DNA of 64,000 bases from a virus (IMGVR_UViG_3300021255_002417:1-64000), one strand, 5' to 3'; numbered from the stretch's first letter, positions 40,230 to 52,822 are shown. Program-made: numbers and translations. The notes: generated from the sequence alone by a model not told the origin.

Positions 40230-40900
40230 TTATTTCCAACCATTGCCATAATCATATATATAATGCTCTAAATAAGCAACTATATCATTTGCATTATCAG
40301 CATTAAAAGTACAATCAGTACAATCATCATTTAATTGTAAAATACCATCATGTTTATATTGTGACATGAAACAACCTGATTTATGAATTTCTAATGAACC
40401 TCTATTATCATTTTCATTTAAATTTAAAAATAAAATTAAAGGTGCTATAATATTTTTTGTATTAATAACCCAAATGTAAATGCCACCTCTATCAAGATCA
40501 GCACTTTGTGGAATAACACGTCTTATTGCTCGTAATATATCACCGCCATAATAATATGTATCGTGCTCATATTTTCTCATAATAGTCACCTGCCATAATA
40601 TACTATGATAATTCGCTAATAAACTGATTTAATATATTTTTTAAATGCTTCAACAACAGGTTTATTTGCATCAGCACATCTTGTTGGTTGTTTATTATCA
40701 AGGAAATAAAGATTTTTCCAATCAGCATTTACAGACTTATTTGTCTCAATCTGTTTCCATGTACCATCATTTGCCATAATACACAAAGTGCAATTCCAAG
40801 CGCCATTCCTATGGTCGCATTGTGATCTAAATTTATGACCATTGTGCTCATACACAAGAATCGAATTGCATGGATTGCCATTATCATATACAAGCTTCAT
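40230..40900 (-). other. Two hypothetical CDS (40230..40589, 40616..40900)
   Basis: ORFs with RBSs. Confidence 0.6.
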
Positions 40901-40974
40901 ATTTATATCTCCAATATGTTATTGGATGGAAATTCCATCCAAGTTAGTTATTTATTACATCGCTAAACTTAATG

Positions 40975-42189
40975 CTATTCACTTGCTTTGAAATTGTAAA
41001 TCGGTTTAATAACATCCACAATGTCAATAGTATCTTTAACTAATTCAATAATCTCGTTTGCATCTTTATATGCCATCGGCGATTCATCCAATGTGGATTC
41101 ATTTACCGAAGTAGTAAATATACCTTCCATTGAGTGTTTAAAATCATCCATTGAAATTGCTTCACAAGCTTTTGATCGCGACATCAACCGACCAGCTCCA
41201 TGCGGACCTGAACAGTTCCAATCTTCATTTCCTTTGCCGATTCCGATGATTGATCCATCTTTCATATTAAGCGGGATTATACATTTTTCACCTTTGTTAC
41301 AACGAATAGCTCCCTTGCGAATTATATTATCTTCAAAGTCAATGTAGTTGTGAACAGTGTGGAATGCTTCAACAGGATCAACTTTTAAAAATTCAATAAT
41401 ACGACGAGCAATCTCTTCACGATTTTTAACTGCATATTCTTGACATATTTTCATATCATGTAAATAGTCATCACGATGTGCACCTTCTAAATAACATAAA
41501 TCTTCCGGTACTTTTTCTATGTTAGCATATTTTTCTCGCAATTCACGAACAGCCTGTGCTATTTCTTTATGACGCAAAGCCTCTTTATATTCAGCAATCA
41601 GTTGTTCAGTTTTAGCTTTTACCTCTTCAGATTTTACATTGCAATCGTCAATAGCAATCGCCTGATAATATCGACAAACTTGCTGTCCTAAATTACGTGA
41701 ACCTGTATGAATAACTAAATAAACATTTCCTTTTGAATCTTTGTTTAATTCAATAAAATGGTTACCACCACCTAACGATCCAACAGAGCGGAATAAGTGT
41801 TCAACATTTTTAAGATATTTCCACATTTTTAAGTCCTGCAATTTTGCAAAACCTACGCAATGTTTATCATCATTCGCAGTCATTCCAGCCGGAACATTTT
41901 CATGAATAAATTTATCTAATCCAGCTAATACATCATCAGATATATCAACTTTACCTAATTCACAAACATACATTCCGCAGCCAATATCAACACCTACTAA
42001 ATTCGGAACAACTTTATCACCTAAATTTGCAGTAAATCCAATAACACAGCCTTTACCTGCATGAGTGTCCGGCATAATACGAACTTTCGCATCTCTAAAT
42101 ACTTTTACAGACAGTAACTGTTTTAACTGATCGTTGACTTCCTGTTCAACAGTTTTTGCAAAAATTTTTAAGTTCATATTAGCCTCCAA
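40975..42189 (-). CDS. rtcB: RtcB RNA 2',3'-cyclic phosphate ligase
   Basis: MPDTHAG, VGVDIGCG, GSLGGGNHFIE, HTGSR, VHNY, HGAGR, DESPMAYK. Confidence 0.95.
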   Translation of the reverse strand: MEANMNLKIFAKTVEQEVNDQLKQLLSVKVFRDAKVRIMPDTHAGKGCVIGFTANLGDKVVPNLVGVDIGCGMYVCELGKVDISDDVLAGLDKFIHENVPAGMTANDDKHCVGFAKLQDLKMWKYLKNVEHLFRSVGSLGGGNHFIELNKDSKGNVYLVIHTGSRNLGQQVCRYYQAIAIDDCNVKSEEVKAKTEQLIAEYKEALRHKEIAQAVRELREKYANIEKVPEDLCYLEGAHRDDYLHDMKICQEYAVKNREEIARRIIEFLKVDPVEAFHTVHNYIDFEDNIIRKGAIRCNKGEKCIIPLNMKDGSIIGIGKGNEDWNCSGPHGAGRLMSRSKACEAISMDDFKHSMEGIFTTSVNESTLDESPMAYKDANEIIELVKDTIDIVDVIKPIYNFKASE

Positions 42190-42203
42190 AAATATTGGTT
42201 GTT

Positions 42204-42374
42204 TTACATGCAGTGAAAAGTTACCATGTCATCGTCTATTAAAATGTCGTCTTCATCAAATGAACCATCGCCTTCAATATCTTCACCGTATTCAGAAAAT
42301 GCCATATATGAATAATGAACTTCAGCATCCGGATCAGCCTGTGAAAGCAATTCCATCAATTCAGCAACTTTCAT
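42204..42374 (-). CDS. Small acidic protein of the MxVxELIxxL family (not in ORF track)
   Basis: MKVAELMELLSQADPDAEVH..., 56 aa, GGGAG RBS. Confidence 0.7.
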   Translation of the reverse strand: MKVAELMELLSQADPDAEVHYSYMAFSEYGEDIEGDGSFDEDDILIDDDMVTFHCM

Positions 42375-42394
42375 GATTTAACTCCCATGGCTAG

Positions 42395-42661
42395 CGAACA
42401 AGGATCCATTCCATGCTCATTTGTTGTCTTATTTATACTGCAAACCAAACTCTCTGTCAACCAATTTTTTAACCTGGTTGAAATTTTTTCAAAGAGCATT
42501 CAAATGAACTCATCGCCCATTTGATAAACCAATAATACCACAGACTAGCCTTGTTGTCAACTAAAAATTTCAAAAATTTTTGCATCAGTCTGTATCTGAA
42601 CGTGTGACAAAGTGTCACAGTTTAAATTATTTATTATAGCACATTTTTAGTTGCTTGTCAA
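42395..42661 (-). promoter_or_regulatory. Three tandem sigma70 promoters with hairpins
   Basis: -35 at 42460, 42560, 42661, each N17 to TATAAA/TATTAT/TATAAT. Confidence 0.85.
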
Positions 42662-42692
42662 CAGAAAAATTCAAAAAATTTTTAATAAAATA

Positions 42693-42718
42693 ATGCCGTA
42701 TAGTTAACTATACGGCAT
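42693..42718. terminator. Palindromic terminator
   Basis: ATGCCGTATAGTTAACTATACGGCAT. Confidence 0.75.
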
Positions 42719-43039
42719 CTATTGTATTTTAATATATTATAAATATTTATCTAAATTATAACTTATATATAAGAAAAATAAAAATACTATTATTGATAAA
42801 AATAATTGAGCCATATTTGCAATTTACTCCGTTTATTAATCTCCATTTTTATACCAAATTAGTATAATCATGAAAACTATGGAGCATATTACCAATGCAG
42901 ATAAAAATGAAATTTCTGATGTATTAATTAACATTGTCTATACTCCATCATGTAAATTTAATTTAAATGCTGAATGTATGTTATTAAACTACACTCAGCA
43001 CATAATTTTAGATATACATGATGTAATTAAAATTATCAA

Positions 43040-44068
43040 CTACCAATCAGCATTCATGTATATCTTCTCTTCATCAAAATTAGTATCTTCAAGAACTTTA
43101 CTAAATTGAATATAAATCTCGCATACTTTATAGAATAAAAATGAATCATTAGAATCTAATGCTTCGCTGCATATTTCATCAGCTTCATCAATAAGACTGT
43201 CTGTTACTAATCCATTTTTAAATGTCAAATAATTAGACCTATCACCACCACATCTAATAGTACAGCCTTTATAATTAATTGGTGACGTATCAATTTCAAA
43301 TCCTTTATCAGTGAAATGTTTTTCTACCATAAGAATTAATTTCTTTGACATTGTAACAAGATCTTCAATTTGAGACTTTGTTATTTCAACGTCTTTGCCA
43401 TAATCTTCATCTTTATAATTGAAATAATTTACAATCCACCAAAGCTTTCTAAAGTATGCTACTTCATCACCGTCTACATCACTTCTATAAACATTGCTAT
43501 TACGACGTAGATATGTCATTATAATATCAGCTAAGCAAGCTTCAAAATCAATATGATTTTCATCAGTATAATAATGAAGATCTTCAATAGCAGTCGTTAA
43601 ATCTTTATTAGTAGAGGCACATAAATTTGCAGAAATATCTGCAAATGATTTTGTAGCATGACGATGTATAGGTTTTCTTATAAAGTAAACATCAAGTCCC
43701 ATATATATCTCCACTATTTAATCAAGAACCCAGTCAAGATAAAATACTTTATCCAAACATTTAATGGAAATTACAGGCCAACCACCTGCAGGTCCGCACT
43801 CTTGAAATACTCTGCATTCAACAGATGATTCCATGTGTGCTTTAATCCAATCTTCCATATCAGATTCTTTCATATCATTCTGATCAGCCATAGCCCATAA
43901 TGTATCATTACATTTAAGCTCATTAATCATATCATTAAAGTTTTCGCAAGCTGTATACCGTGATAATATATCATGAAGAACTTCACATTCATGACAAAAT
44001 GCATTAAGCTGATTAACTGTACGAAGTGCCATAATTATATACTCCCTATATTGAATGAATGGAACCAA
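43040..44068 (-). other. Two hypothetical CDS (43040..43714, 43718..about 44030)
   Basis: ORFs downstream of the promoter and hairpin at 44056-44117. Confidence 0.65.
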
Positions 44069-44113
44069 TCCATTCAGTTTGTAAATTATTTATAGCATAT
44101 AATAATGATTTTG

Positions 44114-44629
44114 TCAACCATTATTTTTAGCTATTTGCTTTGCACGATTTCGTTCCCTAATTTCTGCCTGTTTACGAATTACCACCCATGATTTAATTTC
44201 ATTATCTATAGAGCAATCCTCTTCTTCTGAATGGATTATATTATGGGCTTTTTCACACACCCACATAAGATTTGACGGGTGGTTATTAAATACATCATGA
44301 TCTTTATGGTGCACATGTAGTTCACCTTCGCATACATGGTCGGGATCAGTACATGCACATTTTTTAATTAAACACATTTTAGCAACATCGCGTGCCAAAT
44401 GGTATGCAGCTGTAATAAGGTTTTCAACTTCTTTATCGTCACCTCGCCGAACTGCATTTATATGCTTCATCTTGCGGGCGCGATATGCTTTTTTCGCGCC
44501 TCTTTTAGCACAATTATCGGAACAATATATGGTATTCCTTGAGTCTGATTCAAATGACTCACCACAAATTTTACAAACTTTTGTGTATGCCATATTTGAC
44601 TCCAATGCTATGAATGAGACCATTCTCAT
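44114..44629 (-). CDS. HNH endonuclease with an N-terminal Zn ribbon (true start near 44593)
   Basis: CKICG...YCSDNC; LHVHHKDHDVFNNHPSNLMWVCEKAHNIIH. Confidence 0.8.
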   Translation of the reverse strand: MRMVSFIALESNMAYTKVCKICGESFESDSRNTIYCSDNCAKRGAKKAYRARKMKHINAVRRGDDKEVENLITAAYHLARDVAKMCLIKKCACTDPDHVCEGELHVHHKDHDVFNNHPSNLMWVCEKAHNIIHSEEEDCSIDNEIKSWVVIRKQAEIRERNRAKQIAKNNG

Positions 44630-44862
44630 TCATTTGTTAAATTATTTATAACGCATATTCAATTCTCTGTCAACTAAAAAATTCAGTTAACAGAAATTTT
44701 TCAAAGAGTCATCAAGCGAGCATCTTGCTCATTTGATAAAGCAATAGTACCATAGTTCAGTCGATTTGTCAACTGAAAAATTTCGAAAAATTCAAGAAAT
44801 TGCATCAGATTTTATCAGAGATTTTGGCACATTATTATAGCACATTTTTAACCATCTGTCAA
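44610..44862 (-). promoter_or_regulatory. Three tandem sigma70 promoters with hairpins
   Basis: -35 at 44673, 44772, 44862; perfect hairpin ATGAATGAGA-ATGG-TCTCATTCAT. Confidence 0.85.
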
Positions 44863-44994
44863 CAGAAAAATTTAAAAAATTTTCAGCTTGTATAAAATAA
44901 AAATAAAAGATTATATATTAAAGCTTAATATATAATCTTTATGAAATTTTGCAGTGTGGCAGTGCAAACTTTATATTATTTATTTAAAATAATC

Positions 44995-45821
44995 TTACTT
45001 ATCACCAAGCGATTTGTCCATTACATTAATAGCAACTTCGATTGCTTTCCCAAGCTCAGTAGGATTTACCATTTCATACTTATTTGGTACATGATTATCA
45101 CGTCGCCATTTATTATGTCTAATTAAAATTGACATAGCATCTTTAATCGACATTTCATTTTCATTGTTATCATCCCAATTAATAGATAAATCCCAATCTT
45201 CTTTAGAAAATGAACTTACATCTACACCATCATAATCTACATCAAATAACATGCAATCAGTATCACAATAAATATTGTCATTATAGATCGTGTATGTATC
45301 ATTATTAATATCGTATTTAAGCTTTTTTCCACAATGCTTGCAATACATAATTAGTTATCCTCATCTTTAATTAGAGAATTTCCATCATATAGTTTATCAG
45401 TTAAATAAGCAATTCGCATTAATTTTGAACCGCAATCTTTCATAAGTTCAGTATTATCATGAAAACAATGAATATCACCGCGAGTTATTTCTTTAAGGCA
45501 CAATACAATATTAACTACAGCATCTTTTAGAATTCCCATGTCTTCCCAATCTTGTGGTGTCATATTATAAATTCCTTATATTTATAATTTGTTAAAAAGA
45601 ATGTTATCCTCGTACGCCGCTTTATAACCATACAAACGAAGTTCTTCAAGAATATACTTTTGTGGAAATGCGCGGCATCCTTTTTGTTTTGGCTTTGCTG
45701 TAAATCCTATAATGATAGTATTACTACGTGCAACGGCATAAGAATAAATCTTTCTACCTTGTATTTCATAATCATGAAAAAGTGACTTCTTCAATTTTTT
45801 CTTACATTGTCTGCTGTTCAT
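44995..45821 (-). other. Three hypothetical CDS (44995, 45351, 45582)
   Basis: Abutting ORFs; 45582 belongs to a basic paralog family. Confidence 0.6.
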
Positions 45822-45830
45822 AATATTATC

Positions 45831-47000
45831 CTATCGGTGATATTTGAGAAGGAAGTTTGGAGATACACATTTAAAGTTCTGTTGACCATCTTGTGAATAG
45901 AAAACAAACCCTTCAATATCACCACCATCAATTGCAGATTTACATGAATCTACATAATTAACAATCTCTTCTACTGATTTTGGAATTTTATAATCATAAT
46001 CATAAACATGAACATGTGGCAATTCGCGATCTTCACAGATCTTAACCATTTCTTTGATTGGTAATCGTTTGCCATCGAACCAAATATGAAATACAACAAA
46101 GTCATGTTTATTTTTTAATGAATAAGTACGTTTTTGAATTCCATCACCATAAGTCTCACCCTGAATTGCAACGGTCTTTAAACCATGCACAATTTTTAGA
46201 GATTTGAGAAGTTCTTGCATATTGTATTTAAATCCAGATTCTGCCCACACGTTGCATTTATAGTAATTGCCACCATCTGAGTCTTTATCAGGATTTTTAA
46301 TTACATTATGTGAACCTACCATATATTTATCTTTTTCATTCAAGATAAATGAAGTAGAACAACCATCAACTTTTTCAGTGATAATATATTTATCATTGCA
46401 ACCAAATAAATGTGGGAGATTTTGAATACGTTCAGATCCAGTCTTTGGTAACCATTCCGGCCATTTACATTTATCTTTATCTTTTTTATGTACAAAGACT
46501 TTTGCTAATAACCATCGCACTGGTTTATATTTCATCAAATATTTTACAATTGGATTTTTAAAGAATTTCTTATGACGATCCATTGCACGTTGAAAATCAG
46601 AGACTTTAGGTTTAGAGCATTGATTTTCACATACAGGCTCAGGATCATATTTTTCTACATGAAGTTTATCAGTTACAAAATCGCCTTCTTTACAACCTTT
46701 TAATTCAGGAAAATCGGATAATGGAAGTACAAGTCCTTGTGATACAACTTTGCAGATCTTAATAGTTTTAACTAGATATTTGCGTTTTTCCATAAATGCA
46801 AATCGTGCATCGTTCGCAGGCAACTTAGAGTCAATTTCAAAGTATACTACAAGATCACCAGTTTTAATATCTTTAGGCGCAACGCACCACCACCCCAAAA
46901 CTTTTACATAGTGAACAGAATCATAACCAGGAAGTTCTTTTGCTTCAGACACTTTAACAATGTATGCAAGTTCTCGTTCATTAGTTTTTGGATTTAACAT
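45831..47000 (-). CDS. ATP-dependent RNA ligase, Rnl2/DRB0094-like
   Basis: N-terminal OB-like VLGWWCV..GDLVVYFEIDS; motif I EKVDGCS; IQGETYG; FHIW; IEGFVF; FKCVS. Confidence 0.85.
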   Translation of the reverse strand: MLNPKTNERELAYIVKVSEAKELPGYDSVHYVKVLGWWCVAPKDIKTGDLVVYFEIDSKLPANDARFAFMEKRKYLVKTIKICKVVSQGLVLPLSDFPELKGCKEGDFVTDKLHVEKYDPEPVCENQCSKPKVSDFQRAMDRHKKFFKNPIVKYLMKYKPVRWLLAKVFVHKKDKDKCKWPEWLPKTGSERIQNLPHLFGCNDKYIITEKVDGCSTSFILNEKDKYMVGSHNVIKNPDKDSDGGNYYKCNVWAESGFKYNMQELLKSLKIVHGLKTVAIQGETYGDGIQKRTYSLKNKHDFVVFHIWFDGKRLPIKEMVKICEDRELPHVHVYDYDYKIPKSVEEIVNYVDSCKSAIDGGDIEGFVFYSQDGQQNFKCVSPNFLLKYHR

Positions 47001-47014
47001 ATTAAGCTCCCTAT

Positions 47015-47530
47015 TTATTGAAGTCCATCTTCAAAGTTACAAATACTGATGTGGAGTTCGGTAGCAAGATCTTCTACTTCTTTTCTTGCAACCCGCAGTT
47101 TATCATAAAGTCCGTCACTGATATAATGTGAACTAATAGCACAATTCAGTCTTAATAATGAAGACAATAGATCAGAACATAATCGCTTTGAATCCATTAA
47201 ACATGCAATCTCATAAGCATCTTTAATTTGTTTATTCGGCATATTAGTAACCTCCAGCATATAATGCTAAATAAAATTGCTACTTAAATAGTGATTTTAT
47301 TTTTAGTCTTCATCATCATCTAACTCTTCAATGTCATAATATTCATCAAAAGACATTCCATATTCTTCTTCCATGGAAGCTTCATAATCATCAGAAAAAC
47401 TTAAATAACACTCTTCACAAAGAGCAAGTGTTGAATTGTGCGACACATAGGCTGCAGGATTAAAGCAACACATACAAGTCCGACGTTTACGTTTCATAGC
47501 AATCTCCGTGAAAGATTGAACAGGATCCAT
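47015..47530 (-). other. Two small hypothetical CDS (47015..47260, 47303..about 47497)
   Basis: ORFs with GGAG RBSs. Confidence 0.55.
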
Positions 47531-47682
47531 TCCCGTTCAATTTATGATTTATTTATATCATAATCTCAGGTATCTGTCAACTAAAAAATTCAGTTAACAG
47601 GAACTTTTTTCAAAGTCTAATGAATGGCTTATTCACTCATTCATTATGGGTATATAGTACCATAGTTCAATCAGTTTGTCAA
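47516..47682 (-). promoter_or_regulatory. Two tandem sigma70 promoters with hairpins
   Basis: -35 at 47580 and 47682, N17. Confidence 0.85.
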
Positions 47683-47761
47683 CAGAAAATTTCAAAAATT
47701 TTTGCATCAAATTTCTGATAAATTCAGATACAGTCTGGTACAATTTTCTTAAACTTTTCTG

Positions 47762-47885
47762 TTGACGAATAACGGCTATCGTGTTATAATTAAATAGTCG
47801 GGTAGTGCAATCTGGTGATTAATCATTCAGACTGTTGACATAAATATACAAATAAACCCTAGGTGTTATGCCTAGGGTCTACTTA
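47762..47885 (+). ncRNA. Candidate small RNA with its own promoter and terminator
   Basis: TTGACG-N17-TATAAT (47762-47790), internal hairpin TCTG-GTGATT-AATCAT-TCAGA, terminator ACCCTAGG-N7-CCTAGGGT. Confidence 0.55.
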
Positions 47886-47895
47886 TTTATATAAT

Positions 47896-48672
47896 CTATT
47901 TATCTCTATCTTTTTTCTTTTTATGTTTCAAAAGATCTTTTTTGCTTTTCTTTTTTGAATGTGTATTATTATTTACGTTCTTAATATCATCTAATGATAA
48001 TGTTACTTCACTTGATTCGTCTTCATCTATGTCTTCATCATTATAACGAATGATCTCATATCCGCGTTTTTCTCTATCTTTATCTTTAGGAATTTTAGCT
48101 AAAATTTCATCCGGAATTGGCGTTGTTTCACGAATTAAAAATGGAGCACAACATCCTTGAATCGATGAACATGCTACTTGAAGTGCGTGTTTTAATCGTT
48201 GTTCAACAGGCATGTATGGTGCAAGTTCATTTAATACTTTCATAGCACCTAATGCAACTGATCCACCAATACCAATTGAATCTACATTATCAGCTGGTTC
48301 AATAATTGAAAGATCCATCTGCATTCTATAAATACGATCTTTTACAGCAATTAAAAGTTCCCAAGCATCATCATCATCAAAGTCTTCAGTTAGTGCTCTA
48401 ACAACAGGTGTAAATTCATTAATTAAATATGATAGATTAATATCATCTGTTGCTAATTCATCTTCTGCTGGAAAGATACCTGGAACATATTGTAACAGAT
48501 TAGGCAATCTAAATGTACCAGCACATCCAATTAAAACATCACGTCTACCAACAGGATTAAACACTTTACAATTTTTAACTATTGATCGATCAATCGAATT
48601 AGACGCACAGGAATCTGCAGCGATATATGCATGTTTTGATTCAGGATCTACATAAGCTAATGCAACAGTCAT
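47896..48672 (-). CDS. HslV/proteasome beta-subunit-like Ntn hydrolase
   Basis: N-terminal Thr (MTVALAY), IAADS, SIGIGGSVALGA. Confidence 0.65.
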   Translation of the reverse strand: MTVALAYVDPESKHAYIAADSCASNSIDRSIVKNCKVFNPVGRRDVLIGCAGTFRLPNLLQYVPGIFPAEDELATDDINLSYLINEFTPVVRALTEDFDDDDAWELLIAVKDRIYRMQMDLSIIEPADNVDSIGIGGSVALGAMKVLNELAPYMPVEQRLKHALQVACSSIQGCCAPFLIRETTPIPDEILAKIPKDKDREKRGYEIIRYNDEDIDEDESSEVTLSLDDIKNVNNNTHSKKKSKKDLLKHKKKKDRDK

Positions 48673-48831
48673 ATTAAAGCTCCATTGTTATAATTGAATA
48701 TTATTTACCCATTTTGTGACAAGATATTCTTCAAAGCTAGGTTTTGAATAATCAAGCATGACTATGTTAATCTTATCATTATTTATAGTATACACAACAT
48801 TTACAAAGAAATTTAACATAGTCATAAATAT

Positions 48832-51225
48832 TTATTTCCCAAAAATATAACGAACAAGTTTAATTAATGAATCTTCAAGATCATCTTCACATTCATCTTT
48901 TTTGTTATTGTTATTTTCAATAAGAGATTCAATAGGAACTTTCTTTTTATCAGAACGAGCTTTTGCATTGCAGGCATCTTCAAGGTTCTTTTTACGATTT
49001 ACAATCTTATTATAAATATCATCCTCTGAATCTTTTGCGTCTACTTTAATGTGTTCTTTTTCATCATTATCAGATTTATCATTGTCATTATTTAGTTTAA
49101 TATAATCATTCAATCTCTGATATGCTGATGGACATTTACAAGTCCATTTAGTATCTTTTTTATCTGTATTTGAACAATCAGGCTTTGCTACCTTAATCCT
49201 ATCATCATTTGGTACTTTAATAACATCAGCTAATCGTTTAAATGATTTATTATAATCATCAAACCAATCCCACCCAAAACCATACATGTCAGAAATACGT
49301 TTCATACGTTTACGATGAGCGGTTAACCAATCATTATCATCATCCCATGATTTATTTAAAAGATTATCTTTAACAACATTATTTAATTTAGCTTTATCAG
49401 TTGTACAACTAAATGTGCGAGTCTCTTCACTCCACTTTGTATCACCAACAGACTCTACTTTATGATAAGTACAATGTTTATTTTTATCATCACCATTATC
49501 AGATAATGTAATAACTGTTTTACATTCAATACCATCTACATCTTTTTTCAGAACTGCCTTAAATGTACAATCCTTATCTTTTTCACGATCAATCACTGAT
49601 TCTTTTGCATCAATATGATAGCCATCTTTAATGTAAGAATGAATAGCATCAGAGGCAACAGTGTTCATATCGTTGGAATCATTAAACTTTGTCAACATAA
49701 TTACTTGTCCTCCATATTATATATTTTCTCATAATCAGAAATAAATTTTTCTTCACTAGTATCACCACTGATAAACCAATCTAGTGAGTGCATTACTTTT
49801 GCAAGTTTACCAAGATCCTCACAAATAAGTTTCATATATGTAAGTGTCTTTGAATTGTATGCGTATTCATCGCTGTCATTAGCACAGTATTCAATATAAC
49901 CAATTTCTTTTGCAACCATACCCTGAAGGTAGTTAAGTTCATTATCTTTGTAATCGAATGCTCCGCCACTCATTACTTAATCTCCGTATAAGTTTCAGGA
50001 AAGTTTCCTATTAAATACATGTCTTCATAACACTTTGAAAGGTATTTAATACGTTCATCTTCAGCTTCTTTTTCAGAGTCAGCATAAACATCATAGTACG
50101 ATTTGTAATAACAACGTGATTCTTCAAAATCAAATCTGTGATCTTCATTGCATTTAACGACAAAAATTATAACGAAGTGATCATAACTACATCGTGTTAT
50201 GATTTTAACTGTATAGTGATTATTAGTAAGTACAGCTACAAATTCTCTTTTATCAGTCTGCTCTGTAGGAACTATTCTGTAACCTTCTAACAAAAACGAC
50301 CTTATAATGTCTGCTGGTTTGTTATTAAGTTCTTTTAAAGAGTACAATGACATAATCCTAACCTTTATTAAGACGCTCTACGAGCATTGTTGTCAACTAC
50401 ATCATCAAACCATCTTCCACCAAACTCAAATCGCTTCATAATAATTTTATTAGGATTAATAAGATCACTTAATTTAATAACAACAATATGTAAATCACCT
50501 GGATAAGCATTTTTTCCGGATAGCATATAAAAATCATCCATCTCATTTCCATCAATGACATGAAACACAGCACCATCTTTTAAACCGCATTCACGATCAA
50601 GATAATTTGCATAATCGTCCAAGCTGTCTAAATCAAGACCCTCAAGTGTTAGAGCTGATGTATCATAGAATTCATCACAAAGACTCATTGTGACGTCTGT
50701 GTTAACAGTGTACTTTTTCATGCTATATCCTCTTGTGTTAATGAATGAATTCATTCCATTCATTTGTTAAGTTATATTATATGCACATTCCTGAGAATGT
50801 CAACTAATTTTTTAAAATTATTTACAGCATAGTAATTCATCAACGTATTTGTCTAAGAATTCACTATGATTATTCGTGTATAATTCTCTATCTTCATTAG
50901 CAAGTTTTTCATATAGCAACACTTGTTCAATGCTAGGAAAATGTAAAGTAATACATTCATCACATTGTACAGTTTTATCACATTTTACATTTAATTCAAT
51001 AGCAGTACTCAAACCATCAAATTCTCTGTTGACTGTTACACCTGCAATAGTCTCAAACATGTATATCGTTTTTAATTTGCCACGACGAGCTAATAATGAA
51101 ACTTTTAACAGTGCCTCACGAATTTGAACTTCATTTGAGCTATCAAAGAAATTCCAAATTGTTGCTATAAATGGTATAATTCTTTTTGCCTGTGTACCAG
51201 CAACTGTAGTAAGTTTTATGCTCAT
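48832..51225 (-). other. Block of hypothetical CDS (48832, 49701, 49973, 50368, 50818)
   Basis: Co-oriented ORFs; 48832 and 49973 share an N-terminal domain with 56660. Confidence 0.65.
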
Positions 51226-51490
51226 TGCTAAACTCCAGTGAATGGGATCATTCCATTCATTTTGTGAATTTATTATGCCATGAGTTTAATCCACTGTCAA
51301 CTAAAAAATTCAGTTAACAGAACTTTTTTCAAAGAGTCTCAAATGAACTCATCGCTCATTTGATAGACTAATAATAGCGTAAAGTGATCCTCTTGTCAAC
51401 AGAAAAATTTCGAAAAATTAACCAATTTTGTATCGAATTGTATCAGAAATTTTGATGCTATATTATACCACAATTTCCAATATTTGTCAA
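50741..51490 (-). promoter_or_regulatory. Promoter with hairpin at 50741-50803 and three tandem promoters at 51239-51490
   Basis: -35 at 50803, 51300, 51399, 51490. Confidence 0.8.
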
Positions 51491-51505
51491 CAGAAAAATA
51501 AAAAA

Positions 51506-51533
51506 ATAAAGACGATAAATTTATCGTCTTTAT
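51506..51533. terminator. Palindromic terminator
   Basis: ATAAAGACGATAAATTTATCGTCTTTAT. Confidence 0.7.
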
Positions 51534-52261
51534 AATAATCTTATTTTATAAAATTTTAATTTAAACATCATTTATAAATCAAAAAGTTTAATGATTGCTA
51601 CAATAATACCTGCAACTATAATCATTAAAATAATGAATGCAAATGGTTCATTTTCTGATTGATTATCAAACATAGCTTATGTCCTTTTATATTTTTCTTG
51701 TGCATACTCATGAATCTGTGTGTCATCTGCAGAAAGTAATTTTACATGAAAAGACAATGTTCGAGAATCTACGTGACAACCTCTTGCATAAATGTCTACA
51801 TCCATATTACAATTAGTTGGATTCTTATTCTGATCGTAATCAAGTTGCCAATCATCCCATCTGCTCTCTTTAAAGTCACAGTCATATTCAGAAAGAATAT
51901 TTGCAATATGTTTACATCGTTCTTGAAACTTAATATACAAATCTGTGAAAGTTAAAATCTCGTATTTATCCATAGCACTGCTCCACTGTCATCTTAACTA
52001 TTCTCGTCTCTGAAAATAGATTCGTTAATGGCAAATAATGCTGTGTTTATATGTACATAACAATCATTGTGAGATAAACCAAGATCTTTCAATAATACAT
52101 CGTATAATTGTTTAAGTCTATTATTAGTGTTATTACAACTTTCTTTCAACTCATAATCCTTATTCATAGAAGCTCTCCATTTATTCATATCACTACATTT
52201 ACATTAAGAATTCGTTATAGCATAGGGGAGATATTTTAAAGTATCTCCCAACTTATAAGTA

Positions 52262-52822
52262 TTATTTCAAAACAGTTATAATATCAGAGAACCGTTCATA
52301 GATTCCTGGCAACTTATGATATGATTCTTTTTTATCTGATCCAACACCTAAAGTATAGAGGAAATTTATATCCTTAGTTCTACACTTTTTTGCCAATTCT
52401 CTGAAATATTCAGATGTTGTATAATCTGGATTAAGTTTAAATTGTTCAAGACCATCTATAGCTATAGTTCTAATATTATCTTTACCAGCTAAAGAGCAAT
52501 AAAAATTAACAATATACTCTGCAAAATCTTTTGGAGCGACTTTGCTAGAAAACCTGCTCATTTCTTTCAGAGAATAAAAGTGAAGCTTGCTGTTAATTTT
52601 ATCGTTAAAATACAATCTTCCATATATTTCATTTCCCAAAACAAAAACATCTTCATCTCTATTTAATTTTTCTTGAATAAGCTGCTTAAACAGTGTTGTT
52701 TTACCACAGCCTATTGTACCAAAAATAAGATGTGTTTTTGAATTATATTTAATAGAGCAATCTTTTACTAATTCACATTTATCTCGTATTCCAGACTTTG
52801 ATTCAGTAGTAAATTCACACAT
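52262..52822 (-). CDS. P-loop NTPase (RecA-like)
   Basis: IFGTIGCGKTT Walker A, IAIDGLE Walker B. Confidence 0.7.
   Translation of the reverse strand: MCEFTTESKSGIRDKCELVKDCSIKYNSKTHLIFGTIGCGKTTLFKQLIQEKLNRDEDVFVLGNEIYGRLYFNDKINSKLHFYSLKEMSRFSSKVAPKDFAEYIVNFYCSLAGKDNIRTIAIDGLEQFKLNPDYTTSEYFRELAKKCRTKDINFLYTLGVGSDKKESYHKLPGIYERFSDIITVLK

Noticed and set aside
42603-42619. CRP-like site TGTGA-N7-TCACA
   Set aside because: The spacer is 7 rather than 6 bp and it occurs once; it may be a variant of the local repeat boxes
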